A stretch of DNA of 64,000 nucleotides, taken from the human T2T-CHM13v2.0 reference genome, Homo sapiens. The position numbers and the translations under genes were made by a program. Positions 1 through 16,888 of the stretch are shown piece by piece. The notes below the pieces were generated by a model. It was not told where the DNA came from. It worked only from the letters and a program-made list of their open reading frames with translations, and did no database searches. Position 1 is the stretch's first letter. Every line of letters starts with the position of its first letter. The DNA is taken from NCBI RefSeq assembly GCF_009914755.1, contig NC_060933.1; one strand, 5' to 3'.

Positions 1-229
1 TTTAAGGACAATCGTGCAGTGACCAGGAATGAGGACACTCAGGAAGCAGCAGAGTGGACTCCCTTGGGCAAAGGGCAAGGCAGCTGCTGCTGTCAAGGGG
101 CAGAAAAATCCCAGGCCGATCCAGACTTAAGATGTGGTTTGTATACTCTCCTTGCTGTGGGAGATTGGATTATGGTCTATCAAAGATTCACTCTATTCTC
201 TTTAACCTCCATGACAGAAGCATACTTCT

Positions 230-550
230 CTCCCCATTGATGTTGGCCAATGAGCATTAACAGACTTCACCCAAGCAGGGGCTTGAAATGCTCATGAAAT
301 GCCTGTCCCTTGTGCTTCTGCCATTGCCCCAAGGAGAGCACATGCTAAGCAGCACGGCACGGGAACAGCTACATGAAGCTGACTTGAAACCCACCTGCAG
401 CCTGGAGCCAAGCCAAGCCCTGACTTAATCAGCTTAACTCCAAGCAACCTGCTGATGTGCGAGCAAGAAATCAATGGTTGTTGCCATAAGCCATTGAGTT
501 TGGGGGTGGTTTGTTATGCAGCATATTTGTGAGAATAGCTAACTAATAGA
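230..550 (+). mobile_element. MLT1-type MaLR LTR remnant
   Basis: Typical MLT1 3' end: ...gttgccataagccattgagtttgggggtggtttgttatgcagca...atagctaactaata; 5' boundary approximate. Confidence 0.7.
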
Positions 551-859
551 ATAGCTAATAGAGCTCTGTTCTCGAGATAAAATGGATAGACAACTGATTA
601 GAGCTTTAGAAATTGTATCGTTTTCCAATCCTGGCAAACAGGAATTCAAACCTTATTGTAATTATATTTGCTGAGCCAGAAACATTTCTCTGCCAAAAAA
701 ATAAGTTTAAAAATGAATATTCTTAGCGATCCCTGGCCCAAATAAAGCATGATACACATGCTGAGCTAAGTTGCATGTTCTTTATACATTGCTAAATAAG
801 AATTTTCATTATCCTGTTTTTCCTCTACTGTTTCATTTCAGATGGTTGGGTAGCTAAAT

Positions 860-1390
860 TTGATATGTGGCAGGATCCCATGAAGCTATTCATCCAGAAC
901 TGACCCAGAAAACAAACCTTGGCCACAGTTCTGAGCTCAGAGTTAGACCCAAAGCTGCCTTGCTTTGACATTCATCCTTCCTCATCCTCAGCCTGCCTGT
1001 TCCCTGGAGGGTGCTCCTGCGTGCCCTCCTTACGTGGTGCTTGTGTGCCCACCTGCACCCCAGAAGGAGCTCCCAGCTGGCCTGTTGCAGCCCCATGTCA
1101 CCTCCTACCAGCTTCTGCCCGGGGCAACCCAGAGAACCTCCTCTCAAGCTGGTGAGCTGCAACCACACCTCCAATGAGTCAGAGGCCCAGTCTTGGGGAG
1201 TGGGGCCCCTTTTCAAGTTTGTTTCTTCCTTGGGGACTCTCCCAGAGCCCAAATATTTTCTTCAGGTACCCCTTTATTGTTAACCCCATATAACATTTAA
1301 TATTATTTATATTGATTTTCCTTTCCAAATTACTATGTGGTTTCTGTTTCCTCATTGGATGTTGATTGATTCAATTGCAGAAACTGATAC
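860..1390 (+). mobile_element. Old ERVL-class LTR remnant (family uncertain)
   Basis: Ends in tgtggtttctgtttcctcattgga...ctgataca, resembling ERVL LTR 3' ends. Confidence 0.4.
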
Positions 1391-1884
1391 AAGTTTTTCC
1401 TAAATAAACATTAATTTTATTAGTGACAGTTACTATTCTCTGGAAACCTAAATGACTTAGTTTTCTTTATTAAAATGTTTTGTTTAACAGCCTAAGCTAG
1501 GTAATTTCAAGCTTATTAATTTTCACTACATTTTATTTCAAATACACACTGGTGTATGCAATCTCTCCATCTCAGACTCTATTTAGCTCTCCCAAGCTCC
1601 ACCGGCCTCACTGTCTCCCTCTGTTTCTAAAGTGGCTAACCCACAGCACAATGTACACAGAGTTTGCGAACACCCTAACCATACTGATCTGAGGAGTAAA
1701 AGAAAGGAACTAACAAAATTTTTTTGATTTCTATATTGTTGTTTAATTTCTATAACAACTCTACATAATAAAGTTATATTGTGAAAAAAGCTTCAGATTA
1801 ATTTGCTCAGAATCATGTGATCATAAGCAAACCTCTATCCTTCAAAACATTTTTTCCACTGTCATGCAACTTTTTCATTAATAT

Positions 1885-2060
1885 TATTTTTAATTGAAAA
1901 ATCATCATTGTACACATGTATTGGGTACAAAGTGAAGTTCTGATATATGTACATGATGTGGAATGTTAAATCAAGTCAATTTACGTATTCATAATGTCAC
2001 TTATTTTCTGTGGTGAGACATTTGAAGCTTACTCTTTGAGCATTTTGAAGTGTACTTTTA
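1885..2060 (-). mobile_element. L1MA 3' end fragment
   Basis: tttttaattga...attgtacacatgtattgggtaca...gtggtgagacatttgaa matches the L1MA 3' UTR in antisense. Confidence 0.65.
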
Positions 2061-2374
2061 AAATGGTGGGATCATCATCTGGACTATACAAGAAATCTGT
2101 CAGTATGGTTATAGTTTCATAGAATTCCTTATATATGTGCACTAGGCAAAGAGATGGGAACAGAGTATTATTAAACTGGTGACTAGCACACAGTAGATTC
2201 ACAATAAATACTTATTGAGTAAATAAAAGAAAACAGAAGAGTACAAAGTGAATCTTAGAAGTTACAAAAAAGGTGGCAAATTTGGTCTGGAATCCAAGCA
2301 GCAGAGGAACAGGTGGATAATACGCATTGTTAATTTCAGTATCTGAAACTCAATGAATAACGAAAGCAATAAAA

Positions 2375-3029
<655 letters not shown>

Positions 3030-3821
3030 TCATGGAATGCCTGCTTCACCTGCCAGCATTTGCCTCAGACACATAAACTTCCCATGGAGTATATGAGTAA
3101 GCTCTGACAGCTCCATTGTTGGTGAGCTACTAGATAGCAGGAATTATATCCCAATTAAATTCAATACTCTATGGAAAAGGAAAAGGCAATGCAGTCCATC
3201 TTACTGATAGACAATTTTAGAATAGGTGTCTGTGATAGAACACACACATTATTTAATCCCCAAATAAGGGTAAAGTTTTAAAAGACAGTAAACCATAGCA
3301 GGCTCAGATATTATCTCTAAAGATTTTATTTGATATCCAGGATCCAAGAATGAAAAACATCCAACAATTATGAAACCAGCTTTTGCAATGGCTATCATCA
3401 CCCAGGAAAAGGCATTGTTTAAAAATCCAAAGAAAATGGAGCAATGTTAAAACCAATCAAGCATTCAAGAACAGGTAAGGGATTAAATAAATAATGGTGA
3501 ATCCATGTTATGAAATATTGGAGCTGTGCAAATGATATTTCAAGTAATCTTTATGACATGGGGAATATTTTCACTATATAATGTCATCTGAAAAAACATG
3601 CATAACGCCAATCTGTTTACACAATTTCATCTCAATTATTGAAAAGAACACATATCTATAAGAAAAAAAAAAAGGAAGAGGCAGACTCCCGTGGAGGGCA
3701 GTTGTGCCAAGCAGAGGCATGGCCTGATGGGCTCATTGGCACCACAGACGTTGCTCTGTGGTGGGAAGAGGAGGCTGGGGGGCCAAATTCTAAGACGTGT
3801 GGCTCTCTGCATATATAGCTA

Positions 3822-3823
3822 CG

Positions 3824-3857
<34 letters not shown>
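3822..3857. repeat. (CG)5(CA)13 compound microsatellite
   Basis: Read directly. Confidence 0.95.
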
Positions 3858-5595
3858 AAGGATTTTCAACAGAGATGCAATCTACAAACTTCCTAGTGAC
3901 AGGTATCATGTAGTGAGTAAACCCCCAAAAGAATCTTATGCCTATGAGGCAGAAAATTACAGATTTATCAAACTTTCCCAATTATCCATATCTGTCCCTG
4001 TCCCTTTCCTCCCCTCGGCAGAGGATGTCTCATGCTTGTCTTCTCAAAAAATGATAGTTTTGAAAAGGCCCAATGGCTTCATCCGTGAGTTGCTAAGGTG
4101 CCAGAAACCTTGCAGGATTTCCCGTGGTCTTCTGCTTTTTCAGTCTCTTTGAGTTCATATTTAGGGGCAGAAAAGCAGGAGAGCCTGAACTTGAGGCCCT
4201 GGAGCTGCTGTCAGTAAACCTGGAGAGAAGGGCTGTGTGTCTACACTCCGAGGTGCTAGATCATTATCCCCTTCAGTCTGGGTGTCTGAGAAGCTTGGTC
4301 TATCAGTCTAGCAGAACAGACTGAAGATTCCATAGGAACTCAAGGGGAACTGACTCCCGCCCTCCCTCCAGCCTCCAAGCGTGAGAGGGCATCACTAAGT
4401 CCTCCTGGGGCTCTGGCTAGAGTTCATCTGGGAGGTCTTAGAAGGCTTAATTTTTCCAAATTCTCCTTCTGCTTTTACAGAATAATCCCAAAGTTGATTT
4501 TTTATTGAAGAAAAAAGATCTATATTATAAGGGTTCTTATGTAATTATTACAAAGGTAGCCTACATAGTGCAGAAATTGGAATTTGATTAGTATAAATGC
4601 ATTTTTATCTGAATTTTTGCAAAGTAAGTTCAATAAGTCATTTGATTTGTTGATATTCAGTGTTTATAATTTTGTAGAGACGTGTTTTAACTTTTACTCT
4701 GTATTTCTGTGCTCAGAGAGTTGTTTGATAAGCCTGTGCAACTTGACTTCGGAGTTTTATTTCAAGCATATGTAGTTTGTATCAGGAAATCATATTTTTT
4801 TAGAATTATGTATTCATCATAGAAAAATCCTTAATTAGCAGTAGTGAAGGAAAGCTCTTAGACTGAAGACTGATTAGCCCAGCCTCCAGAGGAGATGTAC
4901 GTTAGTGGGACAACGTCCTCTAATAAAGGAACATTCAAGTCAGAAATCACAGCAAAACACCTTAAATTGTTAACCACGAAGGAAACAGCGCCTCCAAATT
5001 GATAAGGCATTTAGATCTGCCTAGGCGTTAAAGAAAGTTTCATAACTGCCCACACATGTATTGCAAATATTGAATCATTAGCAATTACTTTAAATATGTT
5101 CTTTGTATTTAAAGTGACAAGAATGTTTTCTCCCTGTGGCATGCTCACCCTGGGTTCTTGGAGAACTTTAGACCAATGATGTGGCCAGCGAGTCCCAGCC
5201 CAAATCATGAAATTCAAAGACGTGAGAATATGCTGGCACTTACTGCGTGCCGGGAGGGTCTCTCAAAAGGAGAAGGAACTCAGTGGTCACCTGAGGCAGG
5301 ATCTTTCACACAGCAGCTCTTGTATGCAAAGAGAACATGGCGCAACTCTTTATTAACTACACTGATTTTTTTATTTTTATTTATTTTTAATTTTTTCAGA
5401 GCTGCCCCTGCTGATTATAAGGGAAAATTATCTATTAAGATTGAAAACATTAAACTCATAATTTACACTGGTTTCTCAGTTAACGCTCAGTATCCTGTAG
5501 GAAAAAGGCCAGTCTGCCAATGTTCTAGGTTACCCAGCCTCGCTGTGACTAGTCAAGATGGCATCAGAAAGGCATCATAGCTCGCCAATAGCAAA

Positions 5596-5604
5596 TGTGT
5601 GTGT

Positions 5605-5637
<33 letters not shown>
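5596..5637. repeat. (TG)n microsatellite
   Basis: Read directly; one TA interruption. Confidence 0.95.
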
Positions 5638-5639
<2 letters not shown>

Positions 5640-5970
5640 CTCTGTTCCTAGGCACTGGGGACACTATTGGGAACAAAATGTCAAACTCTTTGTCTTTACA
5701 CAGCTCATATTTTAGTAGGGAGTTGAAGAAAGAAAATAAACAAATACATGTGTCATATGGTGATAGGTGTTAAAAAGAAACATGGGACCAGGGGCTATAG
5801 TGAAAGTAGTGCAGGGAGAATCATTCTAGAAGAGGTGGTCGGGGAAGCCACACTGATGTGGTGGTGACTGGGAGCAGAGATGTGAATGCAGTAAGCTGGC
5901 CATCTGGGCTATGTGGGGAACACATTCCTACAGGGCAGAAGACATAATAGGTGCAAAGGCCCTGAGGTGT
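5636..5970 (-). mobile_element. L2 fragment
   Basis: gcactctgttcctaggcactgggga...tgcaaaggccctgagg, typical L2 3' region. Confidence 0.7.
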
Positions 5971-7522
5971 GAGGGCACCCCCACCCTGGGTGTTTCACAT
6001 ACAATCTTCATGAAAAGCAGTGGGGCTCATGGGACCTTCAAGCCAAGGGAGAGAGTCAGGATCCTGGGTTGCCACGTCCGGGACAAAGGACCTCCCCCTG
6101 TCATTTCTTCTTGCCTTGCTGACGTTCTCAGCTAGGTCAAGGCTGGGTGTTGCTCCTGATTTATTTCACTCTGGCCCAAAAACTCAGCAGCCTTCCTGGC
6201 TGGTGCAGCCCTACCCAGGTGCACCCTGGCCCTACATCTCATATCTGGCTGCACCTCCAGTTTGGGTCTGGCCCAGCTGGGCCACTCTTCAGCCTCTTCG
6301 TTTCTGCCAGGTTTACCCCTCTTGATCCCATATACGTCCAGGAGCCAAGAGAAGCTCAGGCCCCGCACCTCAGGGCCTCTCACTTGTTGGCTGTGCTATA
6401 CCACCTAAGGGCCTTGGCTGAGCCTGAGTTGGCATGGGGGCTGCTTCAGGAGGCCAGTCTTTCCCGGAACCTGAAACATGAATGGGGCGAGGGCCACCCT
6501 CCCCACACCAGGACCACAAAGGAGTGGGCTTTCCTTGCATTTCCCCACATCACGTCCTCCACCCTCACAGCACCAGCTCTGTGCTGACAGCAAATGAAGA
6601 TATTTTCTGCACACATTTGTAGAATGTGTAGGATTGGAGTCTTCCAGGCTTAGCCCACTCTCATCCAAAGGAGGCTTATTATACTGTGAAGCTTCAGCCA
6701 ACAAATCAGAGGCCAAATATGACATTGTCCAGCTTCAGTTCCATTTGCAAAATATTTCTGCCTTTAGGCCGCACTGCCTGGTGAAGTGTGCCCTCTTCCC
6801 TGCCTGTGCCATCTTTTGACTAATAGTCACGTATGTACTGCTACATATTTTTATTAGAGAAGTTACAGCCCCATTCTCACTGTTATCTTAAATTTGAAAT
6901 TACTACCTCAATTTAAACTAAAGATTTAATTCTTGTAAAGCAAGAATTTTAGGTATGGTCACATTGGTCAATAGTGTAATAAACAATTGTTGTGTAAGAA
7001 ATAAACACTATACCTATGTATACAGTCTTAAGATTTTATATGTCTTGCATATAGTTGATTGTATCACTTAATGAACAATTTTTAAACTGAAATTTGCATA
7101 TATATGATAAACGATAGAAAGATAAATGATAGAGAATAGGTTATATATACGTGTGTGTACAAATATATATATATATAGAGAGAGAAATGTATATAATTCA
7201 CTGAATGATTTCCTTCAGTTAGAAGGAATCTATGCACATCTATTTTTTTTTCCATCTTGTATTAGATGGAAGTTATATTTTTTCCTTAGGCGTTACCATA
7301 AAAGGATGAAAGGAGATCAAGGGAGGCCAGAAGGGAGAGTGTCTGTAGCTACATTCCCAATAAGTTCTTTCCAACTGCCACTTAGGCAATTGCTAGAAAA
7401 ACTATCAGCAAAGAATGGGGCTTGCTTTGGCTTAAACTGTCAACGCTAGGTTGTTTGGGTCCTCACGCTGATCTGTGCCAAGGTGCAATGCTTTATCAAG
7501 GCTGCAGACACCTTTCTAGTAG

Positions 7523-8038
<516 letters not shown>

Positions 8039-8291
8039 AGAAAACATTTTTTAAGTATAGAAAAATGAAATTAACTGCCGTGATTCAGGGTTGGAGGAAT
8101 TAAGTCAGTTGTTTTGTTTTAAAAGTCTTGTGTTACCACAAATGTGTAGGGAAAGAGTCAGAATAAGAGGCCATTTCTATCCACTCAAGGATGAAACAGG
8201 GCAGATGTTCAGTGCCTGCTGCCTCCATTCCAATTCAGCAGCTGCCTGGGGTAACAGGGCCCATATTTCTTTATCTTCTAGATGAGAATAA

Positions 8292-8720
<429 letters not shown>

Positions 8721-9384
8721 TGACCGGTCTCCCTCGGGCGCTCCACTCTGGGCAGCTGAGCACTCTGCCAGGAGATGGGGCAGAACCACCCCAGTAACCA
8801 CACACTCCCACTCTGTTCCAGGCATAGCGTCCAGCCTCTCTGGGCTTCCTCTGGCAAAGCCCGTCTAACTGCATGGAGCACAGATCCTGGGGCCACTTCT
8901 CTCTGCAAAGCCCTTTCTCCTTGTCATCTGAAGAAATCTGGAGAAATTTTCATAGACCTGAAACCCTGAAACCTACACTGGCCCCTCTGGGGTGCCAAGC
9001 TTTTTTCTTCTCAGTGGCCTGAATTTTTCTTTAAATTCTTTTTCCCACTTAAGAATGGGGAGAGGGAAGAGGAGGTTAAGGACAATCAGGATGTGAACAC
9101 CTTAATACCTGAGTGGACTCTCCTCACACTAGATTCACAAAGAAAAATTAAACTACTTTTTAGTGATAGGATCATTTTAACTTTTCTTCCTGTAACCTTT
9201 TCAAAAATGATATGTAAAAAAGAAAAACATTTCAGGTGTTTTCTGCTGGCAGCCTAGAGAAGTAATTGTTATTACTATTATTTTTACTGTTATTTATACA
9301 CCCCATTATACTTCAGGGAATCTGAGATGAAAGAAACTAGTTTATAAAAACCAATACAAATTCTCATGATTCAAATAAACTGTT

Positions 9385-9690
<306 letters not shown>

Positions 9691-10196
9691 TAAAATAAAC
9701 TTATAAAATTTCTTATTCTAATAATTTAACTCAGCACAGTTACAATTAAATAGTGTAAAGATCTTTTGGATTTGGTTTTGGCTTTTTTCTCAAATCGCTC
9801 TGGGTGGCTCCCTGTTGATGTTCAACCATGTCTGGTTTGGTGGAATATGTAAGTTGAATAGAATGGTATTGGTAGTGATTTTCTGTCAATTGGTAAGTTA
9901 AGAAATGATTTAATTATGCAAAAAGCAGACTGTGCTATGTTATGAAAAGACCTCCTTGAGGGCTTGGGGTCTTTTCTTTCTCAGCACTGCTGAAACAGTG
10001 GATACCTAGCAAGCTTGGGTACAGTGTCCAGCTGAGGCTTCCACAGCTTACAGAGCAAACCTCACTGCTATGCCAGAGGCTTGTCAGGAGAAGAGCTTGG
10101 ATCTGGGATACACAATTAAGAACTCATTTAAAAGAAAGATCCTGGAATGTTAAACATCAAAATATCTGTGCATTTATATATACAGTACATACTTAG

Positions 10197-10628
10197 TATG
10201 ACACTGGTTACCAACTTGGCTGAGTCTGCTGAGATGGAACACAAACACACAAAAGTCACGTACGTGGATTTGTTACTTACAGATAGGCAGCACCTGGGAT
10301 TCATGGCAAGCTAGTCCTCCAAGGCTGGGGAAAACTGCTCGGGGGAGGTGTAGTCCTGTCTGTGCATGCCACACTTGTACCTCAGCTAGGGACCCGCAAA
10401 AGCAGCCCACCCTGGGTTTTATACTCCAAGGTGAAGTTACCCCCTGGACAAAACATTGAAAGACATTCTGTTTCCAAGGAACTGGAACAGGGCCTGGGCT
10501 GTTCTAGCCATTCCTTTCTTCTCTCAGGATGTTGCATTCCCAGTACATTCTACAGTTATTCTTGAGAACTACAAGAGACAGGGGAGAGAACTGGGTTGGT
10601 CCAAGGCCACCCAGAGAACTGTCCTGCA
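10197..10628 (-). mobile_element. ERVL solo LTR (LTR47-like)
   Basis: 5-bp TSD CTTAG at 10192-10196 and 10629-10633; minus strand starts tgcaggacagttctctgggtggccttggaccaacccagttct. Confidence 0.7.
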
Positions 10629-11510
10629 CTTAGATCCTTCTAACCTTTGCAATTAAGATAAATGCTGCTAATTAGTCAACCTTCTGTTATGATAATTATT
10701 CAAACATAATCTTAAGTGCATTTATTATGTAACTAGAGAAATCAGAAACAAATAAACTGAGCATTGAACCCAAGAAGCTGGATGAAAATGCAAAAGAAAT
10801 AGGGGAAAGATATTAAAAACAAGTTTATAAAATAAAAAAGAAACATTTTTAAGTGACATTTTCTGATTTTTTTCATGTTCATATCATTTGAATATTTTTC
10901 TACATGAATATTTGTAGTTTTAGTACTGACTTGTAGGAGCTGTAAATGGCAATTTATTGTTATATAGGATACAAATGTTTTTCATGTATTTATTCACTTT
11001 CCTATAAAGTTTATTTACACTATTCTCACTGATAATATTTAAAATTAGAACATAGAATTTAATATTCTTCAGATATACTCATCATAGCTAAATTTGATTA
11101 TTCTCTTCTGTGTTATATAACTGTCTTCTGAGTTATCTGTTACTGGACATTTGGATGAATAGCTTCAAGGGCATGTGTTGGATATATTAACTAAATACTT
11201 ACTGAGGTACATTGTTAACAAAAACAAAAGTTCAGTGGAGCTCATATTGATCAGCCAGTTTTCCACAGCAGTATCTTCATTCTGTGGATGACATAAAATC
11301 TAATCCTCCAAAAATACTGTTGTGTTTTTCCCTACATGTTTGTTCCTGACTTTAGTAAAGTGTTTAAATCCTTCTAAAAGATTCTGCCTTATATCAAATA
11401 ATAGAAACAAATACCCAGATTCTTCTGTTTTTAAAGAGTTTAAAGTCAACTGCTTTTTATTTATTTTTTTTCAGAAATGAAAAGTAGGATGTTTTAAAAA
11501 TACTTCTTAG

Positions 11511-12240
<730 letters not shown>

Positions 12241-13150
12241 TAGATGATATGTGCCAATAGAGGAAATCATCAAAAATGGAAACTCTTCTGTTTCGCCAAT
12301 ATTTCAGTTTCACAATTAACTACTTCCTGATTTTAAGATGATGGCTGGTACAAAATAAACCCATTCCATTTTATTATACCATTTCCTTTTTGAGAGAAGT
12401 CAAGCATCAATGAAGATCTGTAAAACTTAGTTGAGTTTTCATTTCTCATACCAGAAGAATTTCCAGGGCTTTATAAACTTAAGAGAGAGCATTCTACTAA
12501 TCAGTCCACTAAAATACGCTTTGAAAGTAGTTCCAAAATACCTTTTATAAGATTATTTACTATAAGTTTCTTCTGCATAAGTTTGTATATCACCTAACTT
12601 TTTAAAAATTATTAAGAATACATCATCATATCTTTCTTTAAATTCATCTTGGACTGATCCACACTATATAATACAAAATGAGAAACAACTAAAGTTGACA
12701 CAGATAAAAATCTGTATCCATCAGTACTCCTTTTATTAAGCAAAAAATGGAAAACAAACTAAGATATAAGGTATTTTATGAAATTAGGGATGCTATTACG
12801 AGGAAAATGTAGTAGTACTGGACCTGTCCAAGGTGAAAAGTTCAAAGAGAGAAATTTTCGTCCACAAGCTAAAAACCCAAAATGGCTACATAGCCAGTGT
12901 AAGTGTCAATCTCATTTCTGGAGTGCTGTAAGAAAATAACTATCAGTCTAGAATTCTATATCCAGCACAAATATTCTTCAGGAATAAAGTGGAACATCAA
13001 GAAGAAAGTAGAAACAATAAAAAGAGCAAAACTTTGGGTAAATACAGGTTTTCCTTCTACTCTTGAATTTCCAAATTATGTTTGACTATTGAAGTAAAAA
13101 TTATAATAATGTCTGATGTGATTCTCGATGTATGTAGAAAAAATATTTAA

Positions 13151-13460
<310 letters not shown>

Positions 13461-13914
13461 AAGACCATTATATTATAAATGGAGAGGGAAAGAGACACAA
13501 AAGGGGATATAATTTCTATACTTTAACTGAACTGGTAAAATATTGATACCAGCAGAATATGCTGTTACGTGTGTATAATTTAATACCTAAAGGACTCCCA
13601 AAAAGCTATACAGAGAGATATACCCAATAACACTAGAGATAACAAAAAAATGGAATTCAAAAAAAAAAAAAATGAAGTAGCCCACAGTGAAACAGGAGAA
13701 AGAAAAACATAGATGTAAGAAACAAAGAATAGACACAAAACAAAAAAAGAAGACTTAAACTCTAAAATATCAGTAATTACATTAAATGTAAATAGTTTAA
13801 TTTAGAAGATTCTAAAAAAAAAAAAAACCCCAAAAAAGTATACAAATGAAGAAGAAATTTGAGCTTTCAAGGGATAGGAATCATGGGGGTAGGAAGGTGA
13901 CAGTAAGGGGTTGC

Positions 13915-13995
13915 ATGAGGGAGATCTCTGTGATGAGGGAGATCTCTGTGGTGAGGGAGATCTCTGTGGTGTGGGAGATCTCTGTGATGATGGAG
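13915..13995. repeat. 18-bp minisatellite (rtgagggagatctctgtg) x4.5
   Basis: Units start at 13915, 13933, 13951, 13969; partial unit at 13987. Confidence 0.95.
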
Positions 13996-14469
13996 TATTT
14001 CTGTATTTTAATTTCTGTGGTGGTTACACAAATCTACACATGATAAAATGACAAAACTATACAAACCATATTATGCCATTGTCAAAATCCAAACTTTGAC
14101 ATTGTGCTACAGTTATGTAAGATACATCTATTAGGGAAATTGAGTGAAGGGTATGAGGAAACTGTATTATCTGTGAAACTTTCTGCAAACCTATAATTAT
14201 TTCCAAGTAAAAGTTTAAAAGACTCTTACAAAGAAACACAGAGATAAAAATATCAATGATTCAATAAAAGGATGGCAAATATACTCTCAGATAAACAAGA
14301 CTAGGAAAATTTTGCCATAATCATATTATTCTACATCACTAAAGGAATTTCTTATAAAAAGAAGGGAAGTGACATCAGATGGATGTTCCAGAATGCAAGA
14401 ATAATTAAAGCACTGAGACTGATAAATATAGGAGTTAATCTAAGTGAACGTTGGCCATTGAAAAGCAAT

Positions 14470-16470
14470 AGCATTTTACACACCTAGTAACAGATCCTCA
14501 AAATAGATGAAAGAAAAGTTGACAGAACTGAAAAGATAAATATGCAATTCTACAATAATAATAATTGGAGACTTCAACACCCCACATTCAATAAGAAATA
14601 TATAACAAACAGAACATACGTAAGAAAATGGAGGACTTGAACAACACTATAAACCAGGTGGATCTAAGAGGCATACACAGAATACTCTACCCAACAACAA
14701 CAGCAAACAAATTCTTAAAGGCACATGAGACATTTCTCCAAGACAGACCATATGTTAGGCCACAAATTAAATCTCAATAGATTTTAGAAGATAGTTGCCA
14801 TACAAATGGTATCTTCTCAGACCACAACAGGATGAAGTTAGATATCAATAACAGAAAGCAAACAAAAAAGAAATGGAGATCTGCTATTACATGAAATGGA
14901 CACTGCATTTCAAAAACTTAGTGTAATGGGAAAAGTTTCCTTATCCCCCAGCAGGGCGTGTGATGGGGGTGTGGCTCACTTCTTTGGTGCCCTGCTACTC
15001 ATACCTCTAGGGGAACCATGCAGACAGGCAGGGCATGGGAAGCGCTGGCACCATGGCAGCCTCCAAGGTTGAGTGTTTACAACTTCTGAAGCCCCAGTGG
15101 GCATATATTACAGTTAACTCTTTCAGTTTTGTGGTCTGCAGGTGGCTTGTGTTAATTAGCTCAATTACACACTGTGCCTTATCGCAAGGACAGAGGGCTT
15201 TTTGTATCCTGGGTTCTTGCCTTGGTGTACCAAAAATATTAGATCACACGTGGGTTTGGAGAATGAGTGCAAGGTTTTATTGAGTGGAAGTAGCTCTCAG
15301 CAGATGGAGGGGAGCCAGAGGGGGGATGGATTGGGAAGGTGGTTTTCCCCTGGAGTGGAGCCGCTCAGTAGCCAGACTCTCCGACTGAATTCCCCTCAGC
15401 GTTTCGTCATTCCACTGGTGTCTGCCAAAGTGTTCCTCTGCCTGTGTGTTCCTCTCAATGTCCAGCCATTTGAGTGTCCTTCCACTTGTGTGTGTTCCTC
15501 TTGATGTCCAGCTTCTGTGTCTCTGCCCGCTAAGGTCTCAGGGTTTTATAGGCACAGGATGGGGGCATGGCAGGCCAGGATGGTCTTGGAAAATGCAACA
15601 TATGGGAACGAAAGCAGAAATATCTGTCCTCACCTAGGTCCATGGGCACAGGCCTGAGGGTGGAGCCCTAGCCAGGGACCTTCTCCTCTACCCAACACTG
15701 CCCTGCCCTCCTCCTATATCATTAGTACAAAAGAAAGAATGTAAGATATCTCGATACTAATTTCTTTCATTGATGATGTATTGGAATGGTATGATAATGC
15801 TACGAATATATTAAGCTAAATAGAGTATACTATTAAAAATATTTTTAAAGAAGGAAAACTAGAAAATTCAAAAATTTGTGGAAATTAAACAACACATTCT
15901 TAAACAAGCAATGGATCAAAAAAGAAATTGCAAATGAAATTAGAAAACAGAGATGAATGAAAATGAAAACACAACATACCAAAACTTGTGGGATGCACTG
16001 AAAGCTGTGCTCACAGGGAAATGTATAGCTATAAATAACTATATTGAAAAGGACATTCCAAATCAGTAACTTAACTTTCCACCTTAAAGAATGAGGATAT
16101 AAAGAACAAATTAAACTCAAAACTAGAAGGAAATAAACAATAAAGATTAGAGCACAGAAAAACAAAACGGGGACTAGAAAAACAATAGAGAAAAATCAAT
16201 AAAATCAAAAGTTGGTTTTTTGTAAAGATCAACAAAATTGACAAACTTACCTAGAAAGACTAAGAAGAAAAGGGAAAACATGCAAATGACAAAAATTAGA
16301 CATGAGAATGGGGACAATACTAGTGATGTTATAGAAATAAAGAATTAAGAGTACTGTGAGCAATTGTATGCCAAACAAATAACCTAAAATAAGTGCATAA
16401 ATTTCTTAAAACACACAAATTATCTAAACTGACTAAAAAGAAGAAACCAAAGTGATTAACAAATATAAAT
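14470..16470 (+). mobile_element. Old L1M ORF2 (endonuclease/linker) fragment, host to nested inserts
   Basis: attggagacttcaacacccca (IGDFNTP), tctcagaccacaac (SDHN); resumes at 15845 after the insert. Confidence 0.85.
14922..15721 (-). mobile_element. ERV1 solo LTR (MER52/LTR27/LTR28 group)
   Basis: TG...CA termini, 4-bp TSD TTAG (14918-14921, 15722-15725); minus strand starts tgatataggaggagggcaggg...ggtccctggctagggctccacc. Confidence 0.85.
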
Positions 16471-16586
16471 TTTAACAGATATAACAAATAAAGAAAGAGA
16501 GAGAGAATTCTGGAATGGCAAATTAAGAAGCACCGGGAAACTGTCTCCCCCAACTAGACACAATTGCATTGATAGAATATGTCTGA

Positions 16587-16888
<302 letters not shown>

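Noticed and set aside
3691-4152. 153-aa ORF
   Set aside because: GTG start, runs through a microsatellite, no recognisable domain.
5158-5580. 140-aa ORF with an acceptor-like ttttttcag at about 5399
   Set aside because: TTG start, crosses a T-rich tract, no convincing donor or protein similarity.
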